From contig DATFEN010000147.1 in the NCBI GenBank assembly GCA_035251085.1, positions 1-42,666 of the forward strand: a DNA stretch of 42,666 nt, read 5' to 3'. A program made the translations under genes and the position numbers. The stretch comes from Vicinamibacteria bacterium. GTDB lineage: Bacteria > Acidobacteriota > Vicinamibacteria > Fen-336. This document shows positions 16,797-25,249 of this stretch, in pieces. Below the pieces are notes generated by a model, which made no database searches, was not told the DNA's origin, and saw only the letters and a program-made list of their open reading frames with translations. Every line of letters starts with the position of its first letter. The stretch's first letter is position 1.

Positions 16797-17018
16797 CCGA
16801 TGTCCTCCATTCTGGTGCGGCATTGAGAGTGCGGTCGAGACACTCGGCCCCCAGACGTCGAGGGGGACGAGGGGCAACCGCTGGGTTTTCAAAGTCTCTT
16901 GTCGCATCGAGAAGGCAAGATCAACGCCAGCTGAGCCGATGCGCAAATCCTTGGATATGAAAGAACTTGTGACAACTGTAAGGCGAAAACTTCAAAAGTT
17001 TGGAGTCTTGCCCGAAAG

Positions 17019-19097
17019 TCAGTCCAATCGATTGGAAAGCGACAGCTGCGATCGCAGCTGCCGGGCTCGCTTCCCGATCTCGCCGCGGCCGTCCAGAAGC
17101 GGGGTGAGCTCGTGAATCGCCTCTGCCGGGCGGCCGGATTGTGCCAGCGCGACGGCCAAGTTCAGCCGAGCCTCCGCGTGTTGCGGCTCCAGCTCGAGCG
17201 CCTTTCGAAGGAGCCCGGCTGCTTCGCCTGCTCTCCCCGCCTGGACCGCCATGACCCCCAGCCCGTTCCACGAGTCTGCGTCGCCCGGTGCGAGCTCCGT
17301 CGCCTTGCGATAGGCGGCGGCGGCTTCGTCAGAACGCCCCAGCTCCCGCAGAACGTTGCCGCGGTTGTTCCACGCCCTGGCGTTGTTGGGATCGAGGGCG
17401 GTGACCGTCTCGAAGCGCTGGAGCGCCTCGGTCGGCCGACCGCTGCGCGCGAGAAGCACGCCGAGGTGGTTGTGCGGCTCGGGCAGCACGGGATTCAGCT
17501 CGATCGCCTTTCGCTCGCTGGCCTCGGCCTGGTCCAACCGGCCGGCTTCGGCCATTGCCAGGCCTCGCTCGTGCCAGAGGACGGGATCCACGACGTCTTC
17601 GCCGAGCGTGGCCAACGCGCTCGCCGCCTCCGCGGCGCGCCCAGCCTTTCGGAGCGAGGAGGCTAGCGCGCGGCGGAAGACGGGGTTGCCCGGGTCGGCC
17701 GCCACGACTCGCCGCAGGCCCTCGAGCGCCTTCCCCGTGTCTTCCCGCGCTTCGGCCCACGTCGCGTCCTCGAAAGCCCGGTAGGCCCCGATGCGCTCCT
17801 TGGGATCGGGGCCTCCATCGGGCTCCTCGGCCGCCGGCGGCGTCGCGACGTATCCCAGCGCGCGCAGCCGTTCGGCCGATTCTCCGTCGACCGCCGCGCG
17901 GGCCGCCTCACGCTTGTCGCGGCGAAATGCCTGAAGCGCGCCGCGCAAGCGCGCCATGTCCTCGGCGCGCGTGAAAGAGAGATCGGAGACCTCCCCCGGG
18001 TCCGACTCGAGATCGTAGAGCTCGGGACGCGGAGCGTCGATCAGCTTCAAGGTCCCTTGTCGGATGGAGCGAAGTGGCGACCAGCCAAAGCTCGCAGGGT
18101 AGGCGCTCTCCGCGTACGACACCGACACCCGTTTCTCGAAGAGGTCGACGCCATCCAGGGGTTGCGTCGGCTTCAAGCCCAGACGACCGAGCAGCGTGGG
18201 CATCAGGTCCGCGGTCCGAGCCGGGCCCCGACGTCGCTCGCCCCTCGCTACGCCAGGTCCCGAGAGGACGAAAGGAATCCGCAGCGTCGACTGGTAGACG
18301 AAGAAGCCGTGCGTCAGCTCTCCGTGCTCGCCGAGGGACTCGCCATGGTCCGCGAGCGCGCAGACCAGCAGACCGCCGCCGATCCGCTGCGCCGCCGCCC
18401 GCGCCGCCTCCAGCAGGCGGCCCACGCAGGCGTCGGCGTAGGCGACCTCGGCGTCGTAGGGCTGGCTCGCATGAGCCTCGCGATAGGCTGCCGGAGCGTC
18501 GTAGGGGGCGTGGGTGTCGTAGAGATGGACCCAGGCGAAGAACCGCGAGGAGCGCGCGGCCAGCCACGACGCAGCCGCGGCCACGACGGCCTCGCCGCGC
18601 CGCTCGGACTCGAGCTCGCTCCGGCCGAGCTCGGCGCGCTCGATGCGGTCGTCATAGCTGTGGAACCCGCGGGCCAGGCCGAACCGCCGGTCCAGCACGT
18701 ACGCGCCGAGGAATGCGCCGGTCTCGTACCCTTCGGCCTCGAGCCGCGTGGCCAGCGTCGGAAGATCGGCAGGCACGACATACGTTCCGTTGTCGTGTAC
18801 GCCGTGACGGGGGGGCTCGAGGCCGGTGAGGATCGTTGCGTGTGAGGGCAGGGTGAGCGGTACGGAGGCGAGCGCTTCGTCGAAGACGGTACCGCCCGCA
18901 GCCAGCGCGTCGAGGGCCGGCGTGAGGCCGTCACGGTTCCCGTAGGCGCCGAGGCGATCCGCTCGCAGGGTATCGAGCGTCACCAGCAGGACGCTGTGTC
19001 GTGCCGAATTGCTCCGAGGTCGCAGCAGGCCGAGCGCCGCGCCTGCCGCAAGCGGCAAGAAGCTGATCGCCAGGACGATCAGCCGACGTCGGGTCAC
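17019..19097 (-). CDS. Sulfatase-like (alkaline-phosphatase superfamily) domain fused to C-terminal TPR repeats, paralog 1
   Basis: GTG start overlaps the upstream stop (GTGA at 19094-19097). SVLLVTLDTLRADRLGAYG..VPLTLPSHATILTGL..ALADHGESLGEHG. The C-terminus has about 6 TPR units (..AEASERKAIELNPVLPEPHNHLGVLL..ALQRFETVTALDPNNARAWNNRG..). Confidence 0.9.
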   Translation of the reverse strand: MTRRRLIVLAISFLPLAAGAALGLLRPRSNSARHSVLLVTLDTLRADRLGAYGNRDGLTPALDALAAGGTVFDEALASVPLTLPSHATILTGLEPPRHGVHDNGTYVVPADLPTLATRLEAEGYETGAFLGAYVLDRRFGLARGFHSYDDRIERAELGRSELESERRGEAVVAAAASWLAARSSRFFAWVHLYDTHAPYDAPAAYREAHASQPYDAEVAYADACVGRLLEAARAAAQRIGGGLLVCALADHGESLGEHGELTHGFFVYQSTLRIPFVLSGPGVARGERRRGPARTADLMPTLLGRLGLKPTQPLDGVDLFEKRVSVSYAESAYPASFGWSPLRSIRQGTLKLIDAPRPELYDLESDPGEVSDLSFTRAEDMARLRGALQAFRRDKREAARAAVDGESAERLRALGYVATPPAAEEPDGGPDPKERIGAYRAFEDATWAEAREDTGKALEGLRRVVAADPGNPVFRRALASSLRKAGRAAEAASALATLGEDVVDPVLWHERGLAMAEAGRLDQAEASERKAIELNPVLPEPHNHLGVLLARSGRPTEALQRFETVTALDPNNARAWNNRGNVLRELGRSDEAAAAYRKATELAPGDADSWNGLGVMAVQAGRAGEAAGLLRKALELEPQHAEARLNLAVALAQSGRPAEAIHELTPLLDGRGEIGKRARQLRSQLSLSNRLD

Positions 19098-20809
19098 GGC
19101 GCGGTTCCGAGCTCGGCGAGACGGGCCTGGGCCCGCTCGCGCGTCACCGGGTCCCGAAGCGCGGCCTCGAAGCGGGCCCGCGCGCGGGCCACGTCTCGGC
19201 GCGTCCGCGCGATCTCTCCGAGGTTGAACTGGGCCTGGCCGCTGGAGGGGTCCACCTCCAGAGCCTGTTCGAGCGCCGTCTCAGACTCGTCCAGGCGTCC
19301 AAGTTGCGCACAGGCAGTGGCCAGTCCGACGAACGGATCGGCCGAGCGTGGCCCACCCGCGACGACCTTGCGGAAAACGGGGATGGCGTCGGCGGGCTGG
19401 CCCGCGCGAAGCAGCGCGTCGGCGAGGCGCAAGTTGACGAGGGGATTCTGGGGATCGAGCAGGGCGATCTCGCGATAGACCGTCACGACATCCTCTGGAT
19501 CACGGAAAGGCCCGGTCGCGCGAGCGATGCGGCGGGCCACATCGATGCGATCCTTGGGATCGGCGCCCGAGCCCTGACCACCCGGCCCCTGCACGTAGCC
19601 GAGCGAGCGCAGCCGCTCGGCCGACCCCGCGTCGGCGGTTAGACGGCTCTCGGCTTCGCCCATCCGTGCGAGCGCCGCCTGCAGCTCGCGCTCGAGCTGT
19701 GCGGCCAGCTCGGGCCGGTCCGCGGCCAGGTTGCGCCCTTCGGCCGGGTCGTCTTCGAGGTCGTACAACTCGGCGTGCGGCGCGCGGACGTACTTGTAGC
19801 GACCGGAGCGCCAGGCCCTGAGGTCGCTCCAGCCGAAGTCGAGGCGCGGCGCGAGGGACTCCGCGTAGAGGGGCTCCTTCGAGATGCCGGCGTCGCTTTT
19901 CTGCCACCATCGGGCCGCGCTCCGTCCGGGCAGCCCTGCTGCGCCCGCGAGCTGCGTGAGCGTCGCAGGGAGGTCCGCGAGGCTCACCGCCTCGGCGACG
20001 CGCAAGCCCGCGGGAACGCCCGGCCCGCGCAGCAGCAACGGCACCCGCAGCGTGGTGTCGTAGACGAACAGGCCGTGGCTTTCCTCGCCGCGCTCCCCGA
20101 ACGCCTCGCCGTGATCCGACGTGACGGCCACGACCGAAGGGCCCACCCGCGCGCTCCAGGCCTCGAGGAGACGACCGAGCTGGGCATCGGCGAAGGCGAT
20201 CTCTCCGCGATAAGGGTCGCCCTCGCGAAAGCCTGCGGGAGGCGCATAGGGGGCATGTGGATCGTAGAGGTGCGCCCACACGAAGACCGCTCCGGACGTC
20301 GCAGCGAGCCACGCGCGGGCGGCGTCCACCACGCGGTCGGCGGACCGCTCGGCGAAGTCGAAGTGCAAGCCGGAAGCGCGCGTGAACGCGTCGTCGTACA
20401 CGTCGAAGCCCCGGTCGAGACCGAAGCGCCGAGCCACGGGGAAGGCACCCACGAAGGCGGCGGTGCGGAGCCCCCGCTCCCGCAGCGCCTCGGCCAGGGT
20501 GCGCGGCTCCCTACCCACCGCAAAAGTGCCGTTGCCGCGGACCCCGTGCTGGGGCGGGAGCAGGCCCGTGAGGATCGTGGCGTGGGCGGGCAGCGTCAAG
20601 GGAGCCGGGCTGAACGCCTTCTCGAAAAGCACCCCTTCTCGCGCGAGCCCGTCCAGGCGCGGGGTGCGCGCCGCTCCATCTCCGTAGGCGCCCACGCGGT
20701 CTGCCCGCAGCGTGTCGATGGTCACAAGCAGGACCGACGGCGGTGGCTTAGGATGAGAAGGGCGAACGCACGCGGCGAGGACCGCGGAGAGAAACAGCAG
20801 CCGCCGCAC
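19094..20809 (-). CDS. Sulfatase-like (alkaline-phosphatase superfamily) lipoprotein fused to C-terminal TPR repeats, paralog 2
   Basis: MRRLLFLSAVLAAC carries a lipobox (LAAC). SVLLVTIDTLRADRVGAYG..APLTLPAHATILTGL..VTSDHGEAFGERG. TPR tail. The catalytic domain looks about 55-60% identical to paralog 1 by eye. Confidence 0.9.
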   Translation of the reverse strand: MRRLLFLSAVLAACVRPSHPKPPPSVLLVTIDTLRADRVGAYGDGAARTPRLDGLAREGVLFEKAFSPAPLTLPAHATILTGLLPPQHGVRGNGTFAVGREPRTLAEALRERGLRTAAFVGAFPVARRFGLDRGFDVYDDAFTRASGLHFDFAERSADRVVDAARAWLAATSGAVFVWAHLYDPHAPYAPPAGFREGDPYRGEIAFADAQLGRLLEAWSARVGPSVVAVTSDHGEAFGERGEESHGLFVYDTTLRVPLLLRGPGVPAGLRVAEAVSLADLPATLTQLAGAAGLPGRSAARWWQKSDAGISKEPLYAESLAPRLDFGWSDLRAWRSGRYKYVRAPHAELYDLEDDPAEGRNLAADRPELAAQLERELQAALARMGEAESRLTADAGSAERLRSLGYVQGPGGQGSGADPKDRIDVARRIARATGPFRDPEDVVTVYREIALLDPQNPLVNLRLADALLRAGQPADAIPVFRKVVAGGPRSADPFVGLATACAQLGRLDESETALEQALEVDPSSGQAQFNLGEIARTRRDVARARARFEAALRDPVTRERAQARLAELGTAP

Positions 20810-20855
20810 GCGGGCATGCTACCACCCACCTACGTGGTGACCGGGCGGCGGTACG

Positions 20856-21728
20856 ATGTACGAGAGGAGGCCGATGAGGCAGCTGGAATCCTACGATCTA
20901 CGTCCCGATCCTGAAGACGAAGAGGAAGTCGAACCGCTACCGTCACCGTACGACGAGCCGCGCGAGGAGCGTAGCTTCGGGTTGGTCCTCCTGATGGGCG
21001 TGCTGGTCCTGGTCGCTGGAACCGGCGGCTACCTTTTCTACCGCGCGCGGCAGGCACCCGTTCCCGTGCCAGTGACGACAATGCCAGTGCAGCGCGCGAC
21101 ACCGGCGCCCGTTCCCGAGCCGGAAACGGTCGGCCTGCCGGCGCTCGGCCAGAGCGACGCTTTCATGCGTGATCTCCTGAAAGGGCTCTCGACGCACCCG
21201 CAACTCGGACTGTGGCTCGCGCAGGAGGGCCTCGTGCGGTCGTTCGTCAACGTCGTCGAGACCGTCACGAAAGGGGAGAGCCCGCGCACGAGCCTGGGGT
21301 TCCTGGCCCCGAAGGGTCCGTTCGTGGTCGCGCACCGCAAGGGACGCGAAGTGATCGACGCGAAGAGCTTCGCACGCTACGACCCCTTCGCGGAGGGCGT
21401 GGCCTCCCTCGACGCAGCGGCCGGCGCCGCGACGCTGAAGCGCGGGCTGCCCCTCCTCGAGGCCGCCTACAGAGAGCTCGGCTATCCGCAGGGCGGCTTC
21501 GAAAAGGCGCTGCGCGAGGGCATCGCGCACCTCCTGGAGGTCCCCGTTGTCCAGGGGGACGTGAGGGTCAAGCCGGTTCGTCGCGGGAACGTCCTCGTCT
21601 ACGAGTACACGGACTCCAAGCTCGAAGGGCTGTCGGCCGCGCAGAAGCACCTGCTGCGCATGGGGCCCGCCAACGTCGAGCGCATCCAGGGGACGCTCCG
21701 GGCATTCGCCACCTCGCTCGGATCCTGA
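20856..21728 (+). CDS. DUF3014-like single-pass membrane protein
   Basis: Acidic N-terminus, one TM helix (FGLVLLMGVLVLVAGTGGYLFY), then LPALGQSDAFMRDLL..ARYDPFAEGVASLD..AYRELGYPQGGFEKAL..LLRMGPANVERIQ, which is the pattern I associate with DUF3014. An alternative ATG at 20874 follows GAGGAGG. Confidence 0.7.
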   Translation: MYERRPMRQLESYDLRPDPEDEEEVEPLPSPYDEPREERSFGLVLLMGVLVLVAGTGGYLFYRARQAPVPVPVTTMPVQRATPAPVPEPETVGLPALGQSDAFMRDLLKGLSTHPQLGLWLAQEGLVRSFVNVVETVTKGESPRTSLGFLAPKGPFVVAHRKGREVIDAKSFARYDPFAEGVASLDAAAGAATLKRGLPLLEAAYRELGYPQGGFEKALREGIAHLLEVPVVQGDVRVKPVRRGNVLVYEYTDSKLEGLSAAQKHLLRMGPANVERIQGTLRAFATSLGS

Positions 21729-21744
21729 CGGCCCGATCGAGCGG

Positions 21745-22216
21745 TTACTCCCCCCGAGCTGCCTTGAGGAGTTCGGGGGCCGAATCGCCGAAATACTTCA
21801 CGACCAGGCGGCCCCAGGTCTGCGTCCGCCGCAGGTTCGACAGGTAGTCGTCGAGGACGCGCTTCAGCTCGGGATCGTCCTTGCACACGCCGTAGGCGAG
21901 CCGGCCGGGAGCGCCGATGAACACACCGATCTGGATGTTCGGATCGCTGCGGCGATACAGGAGCGCGAACCAGCTCGTCCCAGCCCGGCACCTCCACTGT
22001 CTCGAGCGTCAGCTTGTGGAGCCGTGCGAAGCCCTCGAGGATCTCGCGGTCCAGCCCAGGCTCGCCCCCGGGCTTGAGGGCGTAGAAGGCGGGCGACCCG
22101 TCGACGACAAGCGCGCGGAGCTTGCCTCCCGAGCGGATCTCGGCGAGGTCCGCAGCCGCCGCCGTCCCGGCGAAGAGCGCAACGGCGAGCGTGAAGCGGG
22201 GGAAGGATCGTGGCAC
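21745..22216 (-). pseudogene. Degraded family-3 solute-binding protein (SBP_bac_3 / MltF-N-like): frameshift plus internal deletion
   Basis: Frame A, starting at GTG 22216 after AAAGGAGG: MPRSFPRFTLAVALFAGTAAAADLAEIRSGGKLRALVVDGSPAFYALKPGGEPGLDREILEGFARLHKLTLETVEVPGWDELV, after which it degenerates. Frame B from about 21957 reads (L)LYRRSDPNIQIGVFIGAPGRLAYGVCKDDPELKRVLDDYLSNLRRTQTWGRLVVKYFGDSAPELLKAARGE and stops with TAA at 21745-21747. The two parts total about 155 aa, against 230 aa or more for intact members. Confidence 0.6.
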
Positions 22217-22307
22217 CACGACCTCCTTTCCTAGGATCGAGGGATTCTGCCACGGCGGAAGCGCCATTCGCGCGGCCGCGGGCGGGCCTCTCGCCGACTC
22301 GGTTACG

Positions 22308-23510
22308 ATGCGGGCCGTGGGGTCGCTCGCCGACTTCGCGCAAGGCCAGATCCGGGCGCTCCAGCGCACGCCGGGAGCCCCGATGCCGCGGCCTGCGCAG
22401 TGCCAGCTCGTGACGAAGCTGGCCGTATACGGCGTCGCGGCCCAGGCGGGCGTCGCCCAAAAGGACTTCCTGGCGCTCGTCGACGGGCTGCCGGCCGCCC
22501 GCGCGTCCTCGCGCCTCTACTTGACCAACGCGGAGCAGCGCTCCTACACCTTCTACTCCCGGCCGCGCCACGAGCGGATCGAGCTGGCCTGTACGGGCAT
22601 CGAGATCGGCGTGCTCCTGGAACTGACGACGAGCGCGGTCAGCGCCACCTACGAGCCGCAGAACAACGACCCGACGGCCCAGGAGATCCTGTGGGCCGGG
22701 CGGGACTGGGAGGTCCTCGAGCGGCTGACGGCCGCGACGCTGGCGGGTGGCAACGAACGATCCTCGCCGGCGCTGCTCTTTCACGGAGCGGCGCTGTTCG
22801 AGACGGGGCGCGTCCCGCCCGGCATCGCCGAGATCCGTGAATACATGAGCCAGCACGCCGACAAATGGACGATGAACTTCGCCGGCATCGGCTTCTACTA
22901 CCTGGCGCTCGAAGCCAGACGCACTCCCGACGGCAAGGACGCGGCCGCCCTGTTCCAGCAAGCCTGGGAGTACAACGACTCCGAGCGGATGGCCGCGTTG
23001 ATCGAGAAGGCCACCGGCGCGCGGCCGAGGAAGCCACCCGCGGCCTGGTTGCAGCGCCGCTTCCCGGTCGAATACGAGTACTGGACCTTCGACGTGCCCA
23101 GCCCGCGCCGGGTGTCGTTGCGCGGGTCTCTGGAAGCGATGTCGAACGACCAGCTCCTGGCGGTTTGCATGCTCGCGACCTATCGCAGCAACGGTCCCTA
23201 CGCCGACTTCCTGCTGCGCTGGAGGAACTATGCCACCCACTTCCACGGATACTTCGCCGGCCTCCACGTGTTGACGACGTCCACGGAGCGCTACCCGGGG
23301 CGCGAGTTCCACTATGAGCGCGAGGCCGAGGTCCGCGCCCTCGGCCTCCCGTTTCACCTGCTGCACGAAAGCGATGAAGCCGTGACCGGCACGGTCCTGC
23401 CGCCGGGCAGCCCTTCGATCTTGCTGCTCGACCGGACGGGCACGGTCGTCTACCAGGGGGAGCTCGACTCGGTGGAGGTCTGGGACGTGCTGGCGAGCGT
23501 CAGCGCCTAG
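22308..23510 (+). CDS. Hypothetical protein: unknown helical N-terminal region plus C-terminal TlpA/redoxin-like thioredoxin fold lacking the CxxC
   Basis: The ATG at 22308 (MRAVGSLADFAQGQIRAL..) lies just beyond the pseudogene start, leaving a 91-bp divergent spacer. The C-terminus QLLAVCMLATYRSNGPYADF..LGLPFHLLHESDEAV..PSILLLDRTGTVVYQGELD follows the redoxin pattern, but WCxPC is replaced by YRSNGPY. Confidence 0.7.
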   Translation: MRAVGSLADFAQGQIRALQRTPGAPMPRPAQCQLVTKLAVYGVAAQAGVAQKDFLALVDGLPAARASSRLYLTNAEQRSYTFYSRPRHERIELACTGIEIGVLLELTTSAVSATYEPQNNDPTAQEILWAGRDWEVLERLTAATLAGGNERSSPALLFHGAALFETGRVPPGIAEIREYMSQHADKWTMNFAGIGFYYLALEARRTPDGKDAAALFQQAWEYNDSERMAALIEKATGARPRKPPAAWLQRRFPVEYEYWTFDVPSPRRVSLRGSLEAMSNDQLLAVCMLATYRSNGPYADFLLRWRNYATHFHGYFAGLHVLTTSTERYPGREFHYEREAEVRALGLPFHLLHESDEAVTGTVLPPGSPSILLLDRTGTVVYQGELDSVEVWDVLASVSA

Positions 23511-24750
23511 TCGCGGCCGGCGACCAACGGCCGGTTCTCTCGCCGAGGACCTCCAGGTAGCGGGTTCCAAAGCCGGCGTAGCGGAAGCCCCGGGTATACG
23601 TGTTGCCGGCCTTGCTCACGTCGAGGGCAGTGGCCTCCGCCAAGGTCAGCGGCTCGATCGCCGTGTCCTCGCCCCACTCGTTCCAGGACGTGATGAGGAT
23701 CATCGGGAGGCCGGGATCCACGAGCGGCAGCGTGAAGCCGTCGAGCCAGCGCGAGAAGAAAGTGCCCTCGCCCGCGCCGGCCCTCCACTCGCGCGGAATC
23801 GGTTGATGATCGAGCTCGAGGCGGGTCCCCCGGTCGTTGTAGCCGGGCATGGCCATGGGTATCACGGGCTTGCCGCGAGCCGCCCCGCTGTAGCGCGTGT
23901 ACAGCGCACGGGCGTCGCGCAGGAACGTGCTCGATGCCCCGTATCCGAAGTGGCTGCGCTCCGTCGAGTCGTAGAGGTTGTAGGCCGTGATCGCGTCGAA
24001 GAGCGCGATGCGTTCCGCCTGCGGCTCGTCGGTGTTTCCCGAGCCGTCCTCCTTCGCGACGACCCAGAAGATCTCGTCGCCGATGACGAAGGGGTCGAAC
24101 CCCAGCCGCGCGAGTCGCTCGCGAGCGCGCAGCATGGCTTCCGCGAAGCGGCCGATGGCGGTGCGGGTCACGTAGAGCACGATCACCGGCCGGCCGCCGA
24201 TCCGCAGGTGGGACGGGTGGGCGAAGAAGCGGCTGGCGATATCCTCCATGTCGAACACGAAGCGATCGATGGTGGGGCCGTCGAAGACCGTGAAGCCCGT
24301 CGCGGCGTCGTATCCGAGGTCCAGCAGCTCGTAGAAGATGCAGAACCGGATGCTGTCGATGTTCTGCGCCGCCAGGAAGGCCTCTTCGATCCGGGCGTTC
24401 CGCAGCGGAGTGCCGGGCCAGTAGTCCAGCGTGAAGAAGTCGACGCCGAAGCTCGACGCCCACGCGATGTGCTGCTCGGCCGTGGCCGGTGCGTCGGACG
24501 AGTACTCACCCAGGAGCGGCTGCTGGGCCGGACGCAGCTTCGCCCTCAGGTAGCGCCCGCCTCGGAACTGGTCGGGGAACCACAAGTAGTAGTGCGCTCC
24601 GACGAGGAGCCTGGGTGATGCCGACGCAGCCGAAGCGAGGAGCGGCACCGCGCCGAGGCACACGGCCTGCGCGCCGGCCTGCTTCAAGAACCCGCGACGA
24701 GTGATCCGCGTCACCGGCGCGCGTTCCTGCAACCCGTTTGCACAATCCAC
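23500..24750 (-). CDS. Tat-exported glycoside-hydrolase-like TIM-barrel protein (GH99 / WbsX-like)
   Basis: Twin-arginine signal VTRITRRGFLKQAGAQAVCLGAVPLLASAASA. LVGAHYYLWFPDQF.. and ..ILITSWNEWGEDTAIEP match the YYxWY and (S/T)-x-NEW-x-E motifs of that fold. Confidence 0.75.
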   Translation of the reverse strand: MDCANGLQERAPVTRITRRGFLKQAGAQAVCLGAVPLLASAASASPRLLVGAHYYLWFPDQFRGGRYLRAKLRPAQQPLLGEYSSDAPATAEQHIAWASSFGVDFFTLDYWPGTPLRNARIEEAFLAAQNIDSIRFCIFYELLDLGYDAATGFTVFDGPTIDRFVFDMEDIASRFFAHPSHLRIGGRPVIVLYVTRTAIGRFAEAMLRARERLARLGFDPFVIGDEIFWVVAKEDGSGNTDEPQAERIALFDAITAYNLYDSTERSHFGYGASSTFLRDARALYTRYSGAARGKPVIPMAMPGYNDRGTRLELDHQPIPREWRAGAGEGTFFSRWLDGFTLPLVDPGLPMILITSWNEWGEDTAIEPLTLAEATALDVSKAGNTYTRGFRYAGFGTRYLEVLGERTGRWSPAATRR

Positions 24751-24814
24751 ATCGCGACGCGGCGGTAACCAGCAGTTCGGCCATGTTTGGCGAGCACGCG
24801 GACATAGGGGGGCA

Positions 24815-25249
24815 ATGCGCGTGCCACGCGGGCGCGTCGGCTGCGTGCGTTATGATCGCGACCCGGTGCCGGCCGAGGTCCTGATCCTCGACGCGGGGCT
24901 CGCCGTCGCGTGCCTCAGGCTCGTCGCAGCGCTTCGCCCACTTCCGCATCTGGGCCTCGCGACGCGCCGCCGCGGCGTGGGCGCGCTCCTCGTCGGCCTC
25001 GCCACTGCGGGCCTGGCGGTCTTGCTGCCTGTGAGGCCCGTCACACTGGCCGGGCCGGCGATGCGCCTCGATGCGGTGACGAACGAGCCCGACGGCGTCC
25101 GGCTGCGTACGCAGACCCGCGTCGACGCGACGAGCCCGGGCGCGGCGTCCCGCTTCGCGCTCTACTGGCGGGCCATCTACCCTGGCAGCGCCCTGATCCG
25201 ACGCGTGTGGCTCGCCGCGATCCGCAGGCGGGCGGAGGGGAACCGATGA
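24815..25249 (+). CDS. Small two-TM membrane protein translationally coupled to the downstream amidohydrolase (start uncertain)
   Basis: The frame of ORF 24701..25249 has strongly G/C-biased third positions. TM helices VLILDAGLAVACLRLVAAL and VGALLVGLATAGLAVLLPV. The stop overlaps the next start (ATGA at 25246-25249). ATG at 24815 is the first start clear of the divergent GH gene. Confidence 0.5.
   Translation: MRVPRGRVGCVRYDRDPVPAEVLILDAGLAVACLRLVAALRPLPHLGLATRRRGVGALLVGLATAGLAVLLPVRPVTLAGPAMRLDAVTNEPDGVRLRTQTRVDATSPGAASRFALYWRAIYPGSALIRRVWLAAIRRRAEGNR

Noticed and set aside
21599-21744. C-terminal ~100 residues of the 256-aa ORF 21599..22369 overlapping the end of the DUF3014-like gene
   Set aside because: This is nonsense sequence produced by reading past the frameshift of the decayed SBP gene. 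The real C-terminal fragment is in another frame and stops at 21745.
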